Positions 23,634 through 36,400 of a stretch of 64,000 nucleotides of DNA are shown in pieces. The first letter of the stretch is position 1. The number at the start of each line of letters is the position of its first letter. The notes below the pieces were generated by a model. That model made no database searches, was not told where the DNA came from, and saw only the letters and a list, made by a program, of their open reading frames with translations. The position numbers and the translations under genes were made by a program. This stretch comes from Macrostomum lignano. Its lineage: Eukaryota. The stretch spans positions 247,293 through 311,292 of the forward strand of contig NIVC01001186.1 in assembly GCA_002269645.1 (NCBI GenBank), read 5' to 3'.

Positions 23634-25549
23634 TTGGGACTGGCTGATTAATTAACGGATGGCACAATCGACTTTTATGCTGCCTGTAATTCGAGTCTTG
23701 GGGAAAAACTGCTACTAAATCTCTCTGTCGTCTGTTTACCAATTTGATGCTGTTCTCATGGAATTCGGGGTAAGTTTGATTGCAAATTTAATCATTTTTT
23801 GTTTTTATTGCTCACTAAAATCTGTTGCTGTATGCGTGCGCCTGTTTGAACTGCGTGCAAGGCTAATCTTTTATTAGCTCAAACTATCTTTAAGAAAGTT
23901 GTTCTCTGTAAGTTAAGTGTACGGTGTTTATATGCTAAGAAAATGTGATATAATTTACTTAAGAATCAGTCATTAAATCTATATTTATATCTACTAATTT
24001 CAGGTTGAGCAAAAGTCACACACACACACCCAGTCAGTCAGTCAGTCTGAAGCGCAGGGCCACTCAGATGTTAAGCAACCTAGGAGATTGTGTGTGCCTG
24101 TTGAGACCGTTTTTTATAGCGTAAGTAGGACAGGCCTGGTCTCGACAATGGACTGAGTGAGGAGATAATTCGGGCTAAGATAATTAGCCAATCAAAAGGA
24201 GAGCACAGATCATGTTGGTAATGGAATCAGCCACGTTATTGAAAAGGTTGTTCAGCGGACTGCAGTGAAATCTCGACCCCGAAGTCAGTGAGGCAGCCAA
24301 TCACCAGCTTAACTATTAATGCATAGACGGCAAGGTCTAATAAATGTGTTGTGCAATTACTCTTTGCTAAATGGGGATTATGAACTTATTTTTTTATAAA
24401 TCTGAAGTGTGCCCATATTCCTTATTTTATTTTGTCATGAATTCTGAGGCTATGTGGGAGGGAATATTATTTAAATTGCAGCTCGAATAACTATCTGCAG
24501 CCTCAGGTGTCAGGCGGGCATTAGTAGCGACTAGCGAGTATTTTCTCAACTTAAGACTCGTTTTACTTAGCAGCTAATAGTCGATTTTTAGTGTTCATAT
24601 TTACCTATCCATATGTAATGAATAAGCTGTATACTAATTAGTCTTGTGTAATTTATCAGTTCGGTTTTTGAGAAAACTGCCACTTGTAATAATATGCCAG
24701 TTAATTAAATATTGTTTGAATTCCTCAAGCTTAAGGCAACACGCAATTTTGTGTCAATTGCTCTTACAACTTTGCTCTTGCGTGAACATGATTGTTGTCA
24801 GTTAGGCGCAAAATAACTTATTATATAACTAGTAGTAGTATAAGTATACATATAGTCGTAAGTGTAAGCGGGTGTGACTATTTTTGTAGTTATTAATTAA
24901 CTTTTCTCACGCTGAAAAACTTCACTTTCACCACAATTAGTAGCTTCATTGTTCAAATTCAAGGCTTGGGCTATTTTTATTACTTATCAAAGGCGGTAAA
25001 CTCTAATTTAGTTGATAATTGTTGTTCCATATTTCGCTTGTGTAAGATTAATAATTTGATCTGATCGACCCAATGTTAGCATCAAAAATGAACATGAGTT
25101 GACAGGCTGAAATATAAGTTATTAATGGAAAAGGAGTTACTAATCTGCCAGGCCAAGCTGTAAAAAGCTAATTATTAAATAGGCCCGGTGTTGCTCCTAG
25201 CTAGCGAAATTGTTGCTCTCGCAGCAGAGGCAGTGCGTGCGTTAGCTTAACTAGCCTTTTTCTATCGTGAAAGAGTTTCCTTAGTTGTCATTTAATTATT
25301 ATGTAATTATTCGGGCATTGTTGAAGCGTGAATGTGATTAACAATGATCTGGAATTGATTGAGCGCTTGTCTGTATGTGTTCTAGATCAATAAGGACGTT
25401 TAAGGTCAGACATTAGAAAGTTCTTTGTGTGGCTGTGATTGAAAGAATGTCATCATCATTTGAAGTCTGTAACTCTACCCTACTAGGGTTCCATTCTGTT
25501 AAATGCCCAACCAATCTAGTTGGATTGCTTTCAGACTTCAGAATTCAAC

Positions 25550-26649
25550 ATGATGGCTGGTAACCGAGGCGACAAGGAGACTGAGCAGCTCAGAAAGCTG
25601 TTCATTGGCGGCCTGACGCCAAACGTGACAGAAGACGATCTGAAGGGCCACTTTGGCCAGTGGGGCGAGCTTGTTGACGTGGTGGTGATGAAGGACAAGG
25701 TGTCTGGCCGGTCTCGCGGCTTTGGCTTCGTCACCTACAAGGACGAGTCGAGCGTGGATGACGCGCAGGCGAACCGGCCGCACGTGCTCGACAACAAGGA
25801 GGTGGACACGAAGCGGGCGATGCCCCGGGGTGACGCGAACAAGGACGAGAGCCACGTGAGAGTGGAGAAGCTGTTTGTGGGCGGTCTAAAGCCGGAGACC
25901 ACCGAGGACGATCTGCGCGAGTATTTCGGCTCCTACGGTGAGGTTGCGTCAGCGGAGATTGCCGTGATGCGGGAGACTGGCAAGCCGCGCGGCTTCGGCT
26001 TCGTCACGTTCAAGGACTACGATCCGGTGGACAAGGCGATTCTGTACAAGCCGCACAACATCGGCGGCAATCCGCGAGTGGACTGCAAGAAGGCCCTGTC
26101 CAAAGAGCAGATGGCCGAGGTGAAGGCTCGCCAAGCTTCCGGGTTCAACGTTCGCGGCGGCTTCGCTGGGCGCGGCGGCGGCGGCGGCTATGGGGGTGGC
26201 TACGGAGGCGGATATGGCGGCGGCTATGGAGGCGGCTACGGTGGCTATGGAGGTTACGGTGACGCAGGCTACGGTGGCTACGGGGATGCCGTAGGCTACG
26301 ACGCCGGAGGCTACAGCGAAGGTGGCGAAGGCGCCTACGACAATGGCGGCGGTTTCGGCTCCTACGGCAGCCAAGGCTACGCTGGCGGCCCCGCCAAGCC
26401 GGTTGGCGGATTCGGCGGCGGCCCGCAGCGATTCCAGCCGTACGGCGCCGGCGGCCGTGGTGGTGGTCGCGGACGTGGCGGCGCCGGCATTGGCGGCGGC
26501 TTTCGCGGTGGCCGTGGTGAGTGTCAAGGTTGATTTGCTTTAGTGAAATAAAATTTTGTTAAAAATGCACTTTTATACTAAATAACTTATTTGCGATCCG
26601 CCAAACCCCCTGTGTCGATGACTTTGCAGGCGGGCGTGGCGGCTATTAG
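25550..26649 (+). CDS. HNRNPA1: hnRNP A1/A2-like protein, copy 2; exons 25550-26516 and 26630-26649
   Basis: The RRMs are identical in amino-acid sequence to copy 1. Donor at 26517 and acceptor ctttgcag at 26629 give GGRGGY*. The true start is ATG 25550; the listed ORF start at 25520 is a TTG. Confidence 0.9.
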
Positions 26650-27475
26650 ACCGGGAGGAACTCTGATTGACAGCTCGACTGCAAAGGATTTTAAAGCTGT
26701 GCAGTGAACACGATTTCATAATATATATGTTATATATGAATATATATGAACTCGATCTTTTCTCCTGCCGTTCTGCTCTTGTCTATGTGTTGTGTTTTGG
26801 CTTTTGTATTGTGCATTCTGCTTTTTTATGAAGAAGCAATGTTGTCTGCGCAAGCAGTTGCTGGTCTTTTACCATAAATAAGTTTTAGTTTCTCAATTAG
26901 CGGCCCGTGAAACTTGAAAGTTAACACCTGTGCTGATAATTGCGCAATTATTGAATTATCGTTAATGAAATTTCATGGCAGCAGTTGCTGGGGTCTCTGT
27001 TAGTTTTTGTGTAAAAAATATTTTTTAAACAAAATTTAATATTCGTTATGTATTCAAATATACCGAATGGGTTTAAAGAGTTGAAGGCATGCAGTTTTTG
27101 TTCATTCTCAAATGTCTCGAGTCAGTTAATCGAAATTGTCACAAGGCAAATTTACAATCCCGAGCTATGCCTGGTCCTTGACTTCGTTTCTTTGCTGAGC
27201 CGGCTTTAAATGAAACAAAAAACTGAATCGTTGAATTCCAATGAGTTTTGAAAATATTCAATTTTTCAAATTCCATTCCTGTCTGGTTAAGAAAGTTGGC
27301 TAATTCGAAATTTTTTATATTCTTTAAAAAACGCTTGAAAATGTTTGGTTAGCAAAGTTTTATAAATAAAATCTCCAATCAGTTTTCGTTATACTTTTTC
27401 AAACACAGAACACATTGTTCGTCGCTTGCATTCAGCTCAAGACATTGAAATCAAATTGCAAAGAGATATTCTGTG

Positions 27476-30400
27476 ATGGCTGTCCAAAAGCTAACTGTTT
27501 TCCTAATATTGGCGGCCATTACTCTCGGCTTTGGTGAGCGAATACTTTTGGTTTTGATTATTATCAACTGTTAGAAATTTCTGATGAAGCGCAGTCTTAG
27601 TTTACACAGAATAACTATTGGTCTGCAATAAAATAATGTCTTGCCTTATAGCTCTGATGTTCATAAAACTTTTCGTTTAGAAAATTAGGATTCTATGGTA
27701 ATTTTATATCCCACGTACATGTACTGTGCAAAAAAATTATGAGAATGGTACAGCTAAATTTATTGGTTTTATGAATCTATACTATAATTCTTAGTTAATC
27801 ACTAAGAGCCTCTTCATATCGATGGTTCTGGTTCTGGAATATGGTTCGAGAAATTTTATCGAACCGCTGTCATGTTTACACTTTAACAGTAAAATATATT
27901 TGAAATCGTCAAGTTTTTATTATTGTTATATAATTATTCCGTTTTTTGTCATATCCAAGGCAAAACAAAGTCAAAGAACGACAAAATTAAATTGTAAAAA
28001 CTGTCAAACATAAAATGGGTATCGGAAGCTCCTCATATTACACTGGTTCTGGTTCTAGAACCGATTGCCGTGAAGAGGCTCTTAACAAAATGAAACGGAA
28101 TGATAAAAATAGATTCATAAAACCAATGACTTGAGTTGTGCCATATTTTATAAATTTTTGGCATAGGCCGGACATGCACGCTTTATGAAAATCAATTGAG
28201 AAAAGAACGCAAGACATCAAAAGATGAACAACTGTTGGTCTCCACTTCTATCAAAAGCAATAAGAATATTCGTGATAAAAAATAAAAACCTATACTCCGT
28301 ACTTTTTAAAAGAAATCTGATTATTATAAGGTTTAATAAAAATTAGTTTATCAAATAATTGTTATAAACGCTGAATATCAACTTTTTGAGCTTAAGTTCG
28401 TTTTTAAATGCGTGAAAGCCAACTAACCAGCTAGAAAACCTGACATTTGAAAGAAAACTTCACACATCTGCAGTAAACTGCAAACTTAAGCTTTAATTAC
28501 AGTATTACATTTTGCAGCCCAGGATGACCCCTTCGAGCCTTCAATTTTCGGTAAGTATAGTTGCACTCTTTAAATTACATGTAAACATACATGCATGTAC
28601 AGACTACGCCAACTATGTTAATTGTGGTGCTCCATAATGTACACGTGCATATTTACATGTACATGTATACCCACATTCAGGGGCGTCGCCATGGATTCAT
28701 GTTGGGAGGACAAAGCCAAGAAGCTACATGTACATGCACATGACCATTGCAACATGCACATCATTTTAAGAATCGGTGCGTCAGCGCTCATGTAGGCGCC
28801 GCAGGCATTTCTTTTGGTGCTGCAGGCACTCATTTTAGCGCCACAGGCATTCACTTTAGCGCCACGTGCAGGCACTCATTTTAGCGCCGCAAGCACTCAT
28901 TTTGGCACCCCATGCACTCATTTTAGCGTCGCAGGAACTTATTATGGTACATGTACCAAAGGACTCATTTAGCGCCACAGGCACTCATTTTGGCACCCCA
29001 GGCACTTATTTTAGCGTCGCAGGAACTTAATATGGTACATGTACCAAAGGACTCATTTAGCGCCACAGGCACTCATTTTAGTGCCACAGGCACTCATTTT
29101 GGCGCCGCAGACGCCGGGCGCTATATTTTGTCGCCGTGAAACAAAATTCTTGATGTCCATAACGGCAATTAAACGCGGGTCAAAAGGTAGGCCGTGGCGG
29201 GGACAAAGCATGCAATAGCATGTCCCCCATGGCTTTTACTGGGGGGACACATGTCCCCCCCCTGTCTTCTCCGGTGGCGACGCCCCTGTCTACATTCGCA
29301 TTATATTTCATTCCCACCTCAACTTTGAATCAAACTATTTTTTAGCGATTTCCGGCGACATTGATAGCCATAACGATGCAAAACCAATCAGTAAGTATAT
29401 GATAGTATACTATATGATGATACATTGTAGGGAGGGACAGCTGGGGCAGATAGAATGAAACAGCTGTGAAATGATTCGATTTTTATAGCAGCGTTATACT
29501 CATAAATCCGGCACTAATTTACTGTCACCGTATTTAAATATGTCCGAACAGCTTTGCACGATTTGACAGAGGAGCAAGCGTTGTTTGGTGAGCTGCAAAT
29601 TATATCCACGTTCGCATATTCATAATTGCATAATTATTGACTGTTACATACACACAGTTCAAGCATTGCTTAAATAAAACACTGAAAATATTTTAGCTGT
29701 CATTAACTTCGGACCGTCGATTTCTGGTGAGCATATAATGAATTTATTCATTTTACTATCTAAATATTATAATCATAATTCTAATAGATCGATTTCACCT
29801 GCCCCAATCGACAGATGTGCAACTGACAGCTCATAGCCAGCTCATATTGCGCGACACAAACTGTTCCAAGTAGCTCAAGAGAATCGAGCCCCCGACCTTT
29901 TAGTCATGAGTCCGAAGCTCTAACTACTAGTAGGCTATACAAACCACAAGCGTCGCACTCACGACTCGAAGGTCAGGGGTTCGATTCCCAATCTCACTGG
30001 AACGATTTATGTCCTTGAGAAAGACGTGTGTGCAACCCCCCCCCAGTCCTTGGACTGAACAGCCGTACGCAGCCTTCAGATGCGCCGCGCAATAGCTGCG
30101 GCTGAGCTGTCGGTTGCACATCTTACCAAATTTTGACAGGTGTAATCAATAATAATAATAATATAATAATCAATAATCAAAATTAACCAAGATAATTAAA
30201 GGCTTATACGGTTCTATACCGCTTCAGGCGCAGACGATGAGGACACCGGTCCAGGTGAGCTAATTTATATTTGTGCAGCAATGTGCCTATTATGAACCTG
30301 TTAATTAGGGAGCTTTACTGACCATATATAGTGGGTTTAAGTTTTATTGTGATTAGTTTGATGCTGTTATAGATCAGGTGAAATCTCTGACCAGACAGGT

Positions 30401-33400
30401 ATGCACACCAGGTAAAAAACAGGTAATATAAGTGGAGTAACGGTCTACATAATGTAAATAATGTAAAAATGTACAGATTTCCCATTTGAATAAAGAAGCA
30501 AAAAAGTAATCAATAAATTAGAAAGAATCCATCGTGCACCGCACCGGCTTAGCCATCTCCGTCACTGAAGCCATTGGCTTTTAAGACGACCAGGTAGAAA
30601 TCTTGTTTAGGTAAAAATAATTGTTTACAAAATAATGGCTGACCACTGGAACTTTAAGAAAGGAGCATTTTTATTTCATGGAATCGACAGACAATGTTAA
30701 CAGTAAATTAAACACCCCGGCTTGCAAGTAAACACCCCGGCTAGTAATTAAACACCCCGGCTTGAAATTAAACACCCAGCTAGCAATTAAACACCCAGCT
30801 AGCAATTAAACACCCAGCTAGCAATTAAACACCCCGGCAAGCAATTAAACACCCCGGCAAGCAATTAAACACCCCGGCTTGCAAGTAAACACCCGGCTAG
30901 TAATTAAACACTCCGGCTAGCAATTAAACACCCAGCTAGCAATTAAACACCCAACTAGCAATTAAAAACCCAGCTAGCAATTAAACACCCCGGCAAGCAA
31001 TTAAACACCCCGGCAAGCAATTAAACACCCCGGCTTGCAAGTAAACACCCGGCTAGTAATTAAACACCCCGGCTAGCAATTAAACACCCAGCTAGCAATT
31101 AAACACCCCGGCAGGCAATTAAACACCCCGGCTTGCAAGTAAACACCCGGCTAGTAATTAAACACTCCGGCTAGCAATTAAACACCCAACTAGCAATTAA
31201 ACACCCAGCTAGCAATTAAACACCCCGGCAAGCAATTAAACACCCCGGCAAGCAATTAAACACCCCGGCAAGCAAGTAAACACCCGGCTAGTAATTAAAC
31301 ACCCCGGCTAGCAATTAAACACCCAGCTAGCAATTAAACACCCAACTAGCAATTAAACACCCAGCTAGCAATTAAACACCCCGGCAAGCAATTAAACACC
31401 CCGGCAAGCAATTAAACACCCCGGCTGGCAATTAGACACCCAGCTAGCAATTAAACAAAACGCATGTAGATAACAGATCAAAAAAGTCGTCTAATAACGA
31501 GTAGCGAGAGACGAATATGAAAAGAATCTTTTACAGCATGTGTGAAAACAGGGCATATTCATAGGTAGAATATATCCTACTTCCTGCGGTAAGTACCTCA
31601 TCAATATTATCCCGACTGCTTATAATCGAATTATACATTAACCGCTTTCAGTCCCGTCGCCGCCACCAACTGAGAAGCCGACAGGTGAGTCAGGTGATAA
31701 ATATTTAATTAGCGCTTAATCAAACTCATAAACTTGATAATTATGTCATTTCAGTCCCACCGCCGCCACCAACTGAGAAGCCGACAGGTGAGTCAGGTGA
31801 TAAATATTTAATTAGCGCTTAATCAAACTCATAAACTTGATAATTATGTCATTTCAGTCCCACCGCCGCCACCAACTGAGAAGCCGACAGGTGAGTCAGG
31901 TGATAAATATTTAATTAGCGCTTAATCAAGCCAATAAACTTGATAATTCTGTCATTTTAGTCCCACCGCCGCCACCAACTGAGAAGCCGACAGGTGAGTC
32001 AGGTGATAAATATTTAATTAGCGCTTAATCAAACTCATAAACTTTATAATTCTGTCATTTCAGTCCCACCGCCGCCACCAACTGAGAAGCCGACAGGTGA
32101 GTCAGGTGATAAATATTTAATTAGCGCTTAATCAAGCCAATAAACTTGATAATTATGTCATTTCAGTCCCACCGCCGCCACCAACTGAGAAGCCGACAGG
32201 TGAGTCAGGTGATAAATATTTAATTAGCGCTTAATCAAGCCAATAAACTTGATAATTCTGTCATTTTAGTCCCACCGCCGCCACCAACTGAGAAGCCGAC
32301 AGGTGAGTCAGGTGATAAATATTTAATTAGCGCTTAATCAAACTCATAAACTTTATAATTCTGTCATTTCAGTCCCACCGCCGCCACCAACTGAGAAGCC
32401 GACAGGTGAGTCAGGTGATAAATATTTAATTAGCGCTTAATCAAGCCAATAAACTTGATAATTATGTCATTTCAGTCCCACCGCCGCCACCAACTGAGAA
32501 GCCGACAGGTGAGTCAGGTGATAAATATTTAATTAGCGCTTAATCAAACTCATAAACTTGATAATTCTGTCATTTCAGTCCCACCGCCGCCACCAACTGA
32601 GAAGCCGACAGGTGAGTCAGGTGATAAATATTTAATTAGCGCTTAATCAAGCCAATAAACTTGATAATTATGTCATTTCAGTCCCACCGCCGCCACCAAC
32701 TGAGAAGCCGACAGGTGAGTCAGGTGATAAATATTTAATTAGCGCTTAATAAGTGTGGAGTAACTTGCAAGAACTGCGAGAGTCTGGAGTTTGGAGAGTG
32801 TGGAGCTTGGAGAGTGTGGAGTTTGGAAATTATGGAGTTTTGGAAAGTGTGGAGTTTGGAAAGTGTGAAGTTTTGAAATTGTGGAGTTTGGAAAGTGTGA
32901 AGTTTGGAAAGTGTGGAGTTTGGAGAGTGTGGAGTTTGGAAAGTGTGGAGTTTGGAAAGTGTGGAGTTTGGAAAGTGTGGAGTTTGGAAAGTGTGGAGTT
33001 TGGAGAGTGCGGAGCTTGGAGAGTGTGTAGTTTGGAGAGTGTGGAGTTTGGAAAGTGTGGAGTTTGGAGAGTGCGGAGCTTGGAAGGTGTGAAGTTTGGA
33101 AAGTGTGAAGTTTGAAAAGTGTGAAGTTTGGAAAGTGTGGAGTTTGGAGCGTGCGGAGCTTGGAAAGTGTGGAGTTTGGAAAGTGTGGAGTTTGGAGAGT
33201 GTGGAGTTTGGGGAGTGTAGTTTGGAGACTGTGGAGTTTGGAAAGTGTGGAGTTTGGAGCGTGCGGAGCTTGGAAAGTGTGGAGTTTGGAAAGTGCGGAG
33301 CTTGGAAAGTGTGGAGTTTGGAGAGTGTGGAGTTTTTCAAATTTATTTATTAATTAGCTGGTGTAAAGACATTTTCGGTGACTTACAGTTCCAGAATCGA

Positions 33401-36400
33401 TCACTACGACACCTAAAACTTCAAAGCCGAAAGGTGAGCAGCCTTCATCTTGTCAATAAATGCTACTTTATTTAAGAAAACGAAAATAAGGTACATGCAA
33501 GTTCTAAAGCACTTATGTTTTCGTTTCAGTTCGTGAATGTAAGTTGAATTGTGGAATGTTTTGTTTTAATTTTGCTCTACTGATCACAGACTCCACAATG
33601 AGAGCTGCAGTTACTGATGAAGCTTTGGCTTCAACAACAATAAAAACCGCACAACTGCAGTTGAATTCGTTGGCTGCTACGCAAATGACCACGGCACCGA
33701 GACGGCCCTGGATGATATACCGCGGAGCCACCCGGAAATGACGGTAGTCGACTGTTACTTCTTTTGCACCCTGAGATTTGCCAACTATTTTGGAATTTTT
33801 GACGCAACCAAATGCTACTGCGGATTTACGATCAACACGACCCAAGTGGTGCAGGACCGCTGCAGGCTCACTTGTCCCGGAAATCCATTGGAAATCTGCG
33901 GCGGCAGCAGTGCAATCAGCATTTACGTTTTGCCGAAACCGAAAGTAGTTAGTCGGCCAGGTGAGTGTCTATGAATCGGGGTAAGTGTCCATAGGGTGTC
34001 CGTTAATCAAGGTACGTGTCTATAGGGTGAGTGTCCATTAATCGGGTTTAGTGTCCATAGGATGAGTGTCCATATTCGGGGTCAATGTCCATAGGATGAG
34101 TGTTCATAATCGGGGTAAGTGTCCATAGGGTGTCCGTTAATCAAAGTAAGTGTCTATAGGGTGAGTGTCCATTAATCGGGGTAGGTGTCCATAGGATGAG
34201 TCCATAATCGGGGTAGGTGTTTATTGGATGAGTCCATAATCGGGGTAAATGTCCATAGGATCTGTCCATAATCGGGGTATGTGTCCATAGGATGAGTGTC
34301 CATTAATCGGGGTATGTGTCCATAGGGTGAGTGTCCATTAATCGGGTAGGTGTCCATTGGATGAGTGTCCATTAATCGGGTAGGTGTCCATTGGATGAGT
34401 GTCCATTAATCGGGTTAAGTGTCCATTGGATGAGTGTCCATATTCGGGGTAAATGTCCATAGGATGAGTGTTCATAATCGGGGTAAGTGTCCATAGGGTG
34501 TCCGTTAATCAAAGTATGTGTCTATAGGGTGAGTGTCCATTAATCGGGCTAGGTGTCCATAGGATGAGTCCATAATCGGGGTAGGTGTTTATTGGATGAG
34601 TCCATAATCGGGGTAAATGTCCATAGGGTGAGTATCCATAATCGGGGTAAGTGTCCATAGGGTGAGTATCCATAATCGGGGTAAGTGTCCATAGGGTGAG
34701 TATCCATAATTGGGGTAAGTGTCCATAGGGTGAGTATCCATAATTGGGGTAAGTGTCCATAGGGTGATTATCCATAATTGGGGTAAGTGTCCATAGGGTG
34801 ATTATCCATAATTGGGGTAAGTGTCCATAGGGTGAGTATCCATAATTGGGGTAAGTGTCCATAGGGTGAGTATCCATAATTGGGGTAAGTGTCCATAGGG
34901 TGAGTATCCATAATTGGGGTAAGTGTCCATAGGGTGAGTATCCATAATTGGGGTAAGTGTCCATAGGGTGAGTATCCATAATTGGGGTAAGTGTCCATAG
35001 GGTGAGTATCCATAATCGGGATAAGTGTCCATAGGGTGAGTATCCATAATTGGGGTAAGTGTCCATAGGGTGAGTATCCATAATTGGGGTAAGTGTCCAT
35101 AGGGTGAGTATCCATAATTGGGGTAAGTGTCCATTGGATGAGTGTCCATTAATCGGGTTAAGTGTCCATTGGATGAGTGTCCATATTCGGGGTAAATGTC
35201 CATAGGATGAGTGTTCATAATCGGGGTAAGTGTCCATAGGGTGTCCGTTAATCAAAGTATGTGTCTATAGGGTGAGTGTCCATTAATCGGGCTAGGTGTC
35301 CATAGGATGAGTCCATAATCGGGGTAGGTGTTTATTGGATGAGTCCATAATCGGGGTAAATGTCCATAGGGTGAGTATCCATAATCGGGGTAAGTGTCCA
35401 TAGGGTGAGTATCCATAATCGGGGTAAGTGTCCATAGGGTGAGTATCCATAATTGGGGTAAGTGTCCATAGGGTGAGTATCCATAATTGGGGTAAGTGTC
35501 CATAGGGTGATTATCCATAATTGGGGTAAGTGTCCATAGGGTGATTATCCATAATTGGGGTAAGTGTCCATAGGGTGAGTATCCATAATTGGGGTAAGTG
35601 TCCATAGGGTGAGTATCCATAATTGGGGTAAGTGTCCATAGGGTGAGTATCCATAATTGGGGTAAGTGTCCATAGGGTGAGTATCCATAATTGGGGTAAG
35701 TGTCCATAGGGTGAGTATCCATAATTGGGGTAAGTGTCCATAGGGTGAGTATCCATAATCGGGATAAGTGTCCATAGGGTGAGTATCCATAATTGGGGTA
35801 AGTGTCCATAGGGTGAGTATCCATAATTGGGGTAAGTGTCCATAGGGTGAGTATCCATAATTGGGGTAAGTGTCCATTGGATGAGTGTCCATTAATCGGG
35901 TTAAGTGTCCATTGGATGAGTGTCCATATTCGGGGTAAATGTCCATAGGATGAGTGTTCATAATCGGGGTAAGTGTCCATAGGGTGTCCGTTAATCAAAG
36001 TATGTGTCTATAGGGTGAGTGTCCATTAATCGGGCTAGGTGTCCATAGGATGAGTCCATAATCGGGGTAGGTGTTTATTGGATGAGTCCATAATCGGGGT
36101 AAATGTCCATAGGGTGAGTATCCATAATCGGGGTAAGTGTCCATAGGGTGAGTATCCATAATCGGGGTAAGTGTCCATAGGGTGAGTATCCATAATTGGG
36201 GTAAGTGTCCATAGGGTGAGTATCCATAATTGGGGTAAGTGTCCATAGGGTGAGTATCCATAATTGGGGTAAGTGTCCATAGGGTGAGTATCCATAATTG
36301 GGGTAAGTGTCCATAGGGTGAGTATCCATAATTGGGGTAAGTGTCCATAGGGTGAGTATCCATAATCGGGGTAAATGTTCATAGGGTGAGTGTCCATAAT

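Noticed and set aside
22385-26527. Antisense ORFs (228 and 192 aa) opposite both hnRNP copies
   Set aside because: These are expected shadows of GC-rich, Gly-codon-biased coding sequence; their similarity simply reflects the sense-strand duplication.
29814-30122. Possible tRNA genes (also the tRNA-like fragments at about 7730, 14117 and 52450)
   Set aside because: No complete cloverleaf with a paired acceptor stem; they are treated as SINE heads or remnants.
30373-30411. Candidate extra 39-nt symmetric exon (DQVKSLTRQVCTP) in the micro-exon gene
   Set aside because: It is in frame, but the acceptor is weak, donors compete, and it adds an unpaired Cys; it is left out of the model pending RNA-seq.
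30553-30593. AG...GT-bounded segment in the same intron
   Set aside because: It contains an in-frame TAA in the required phase.
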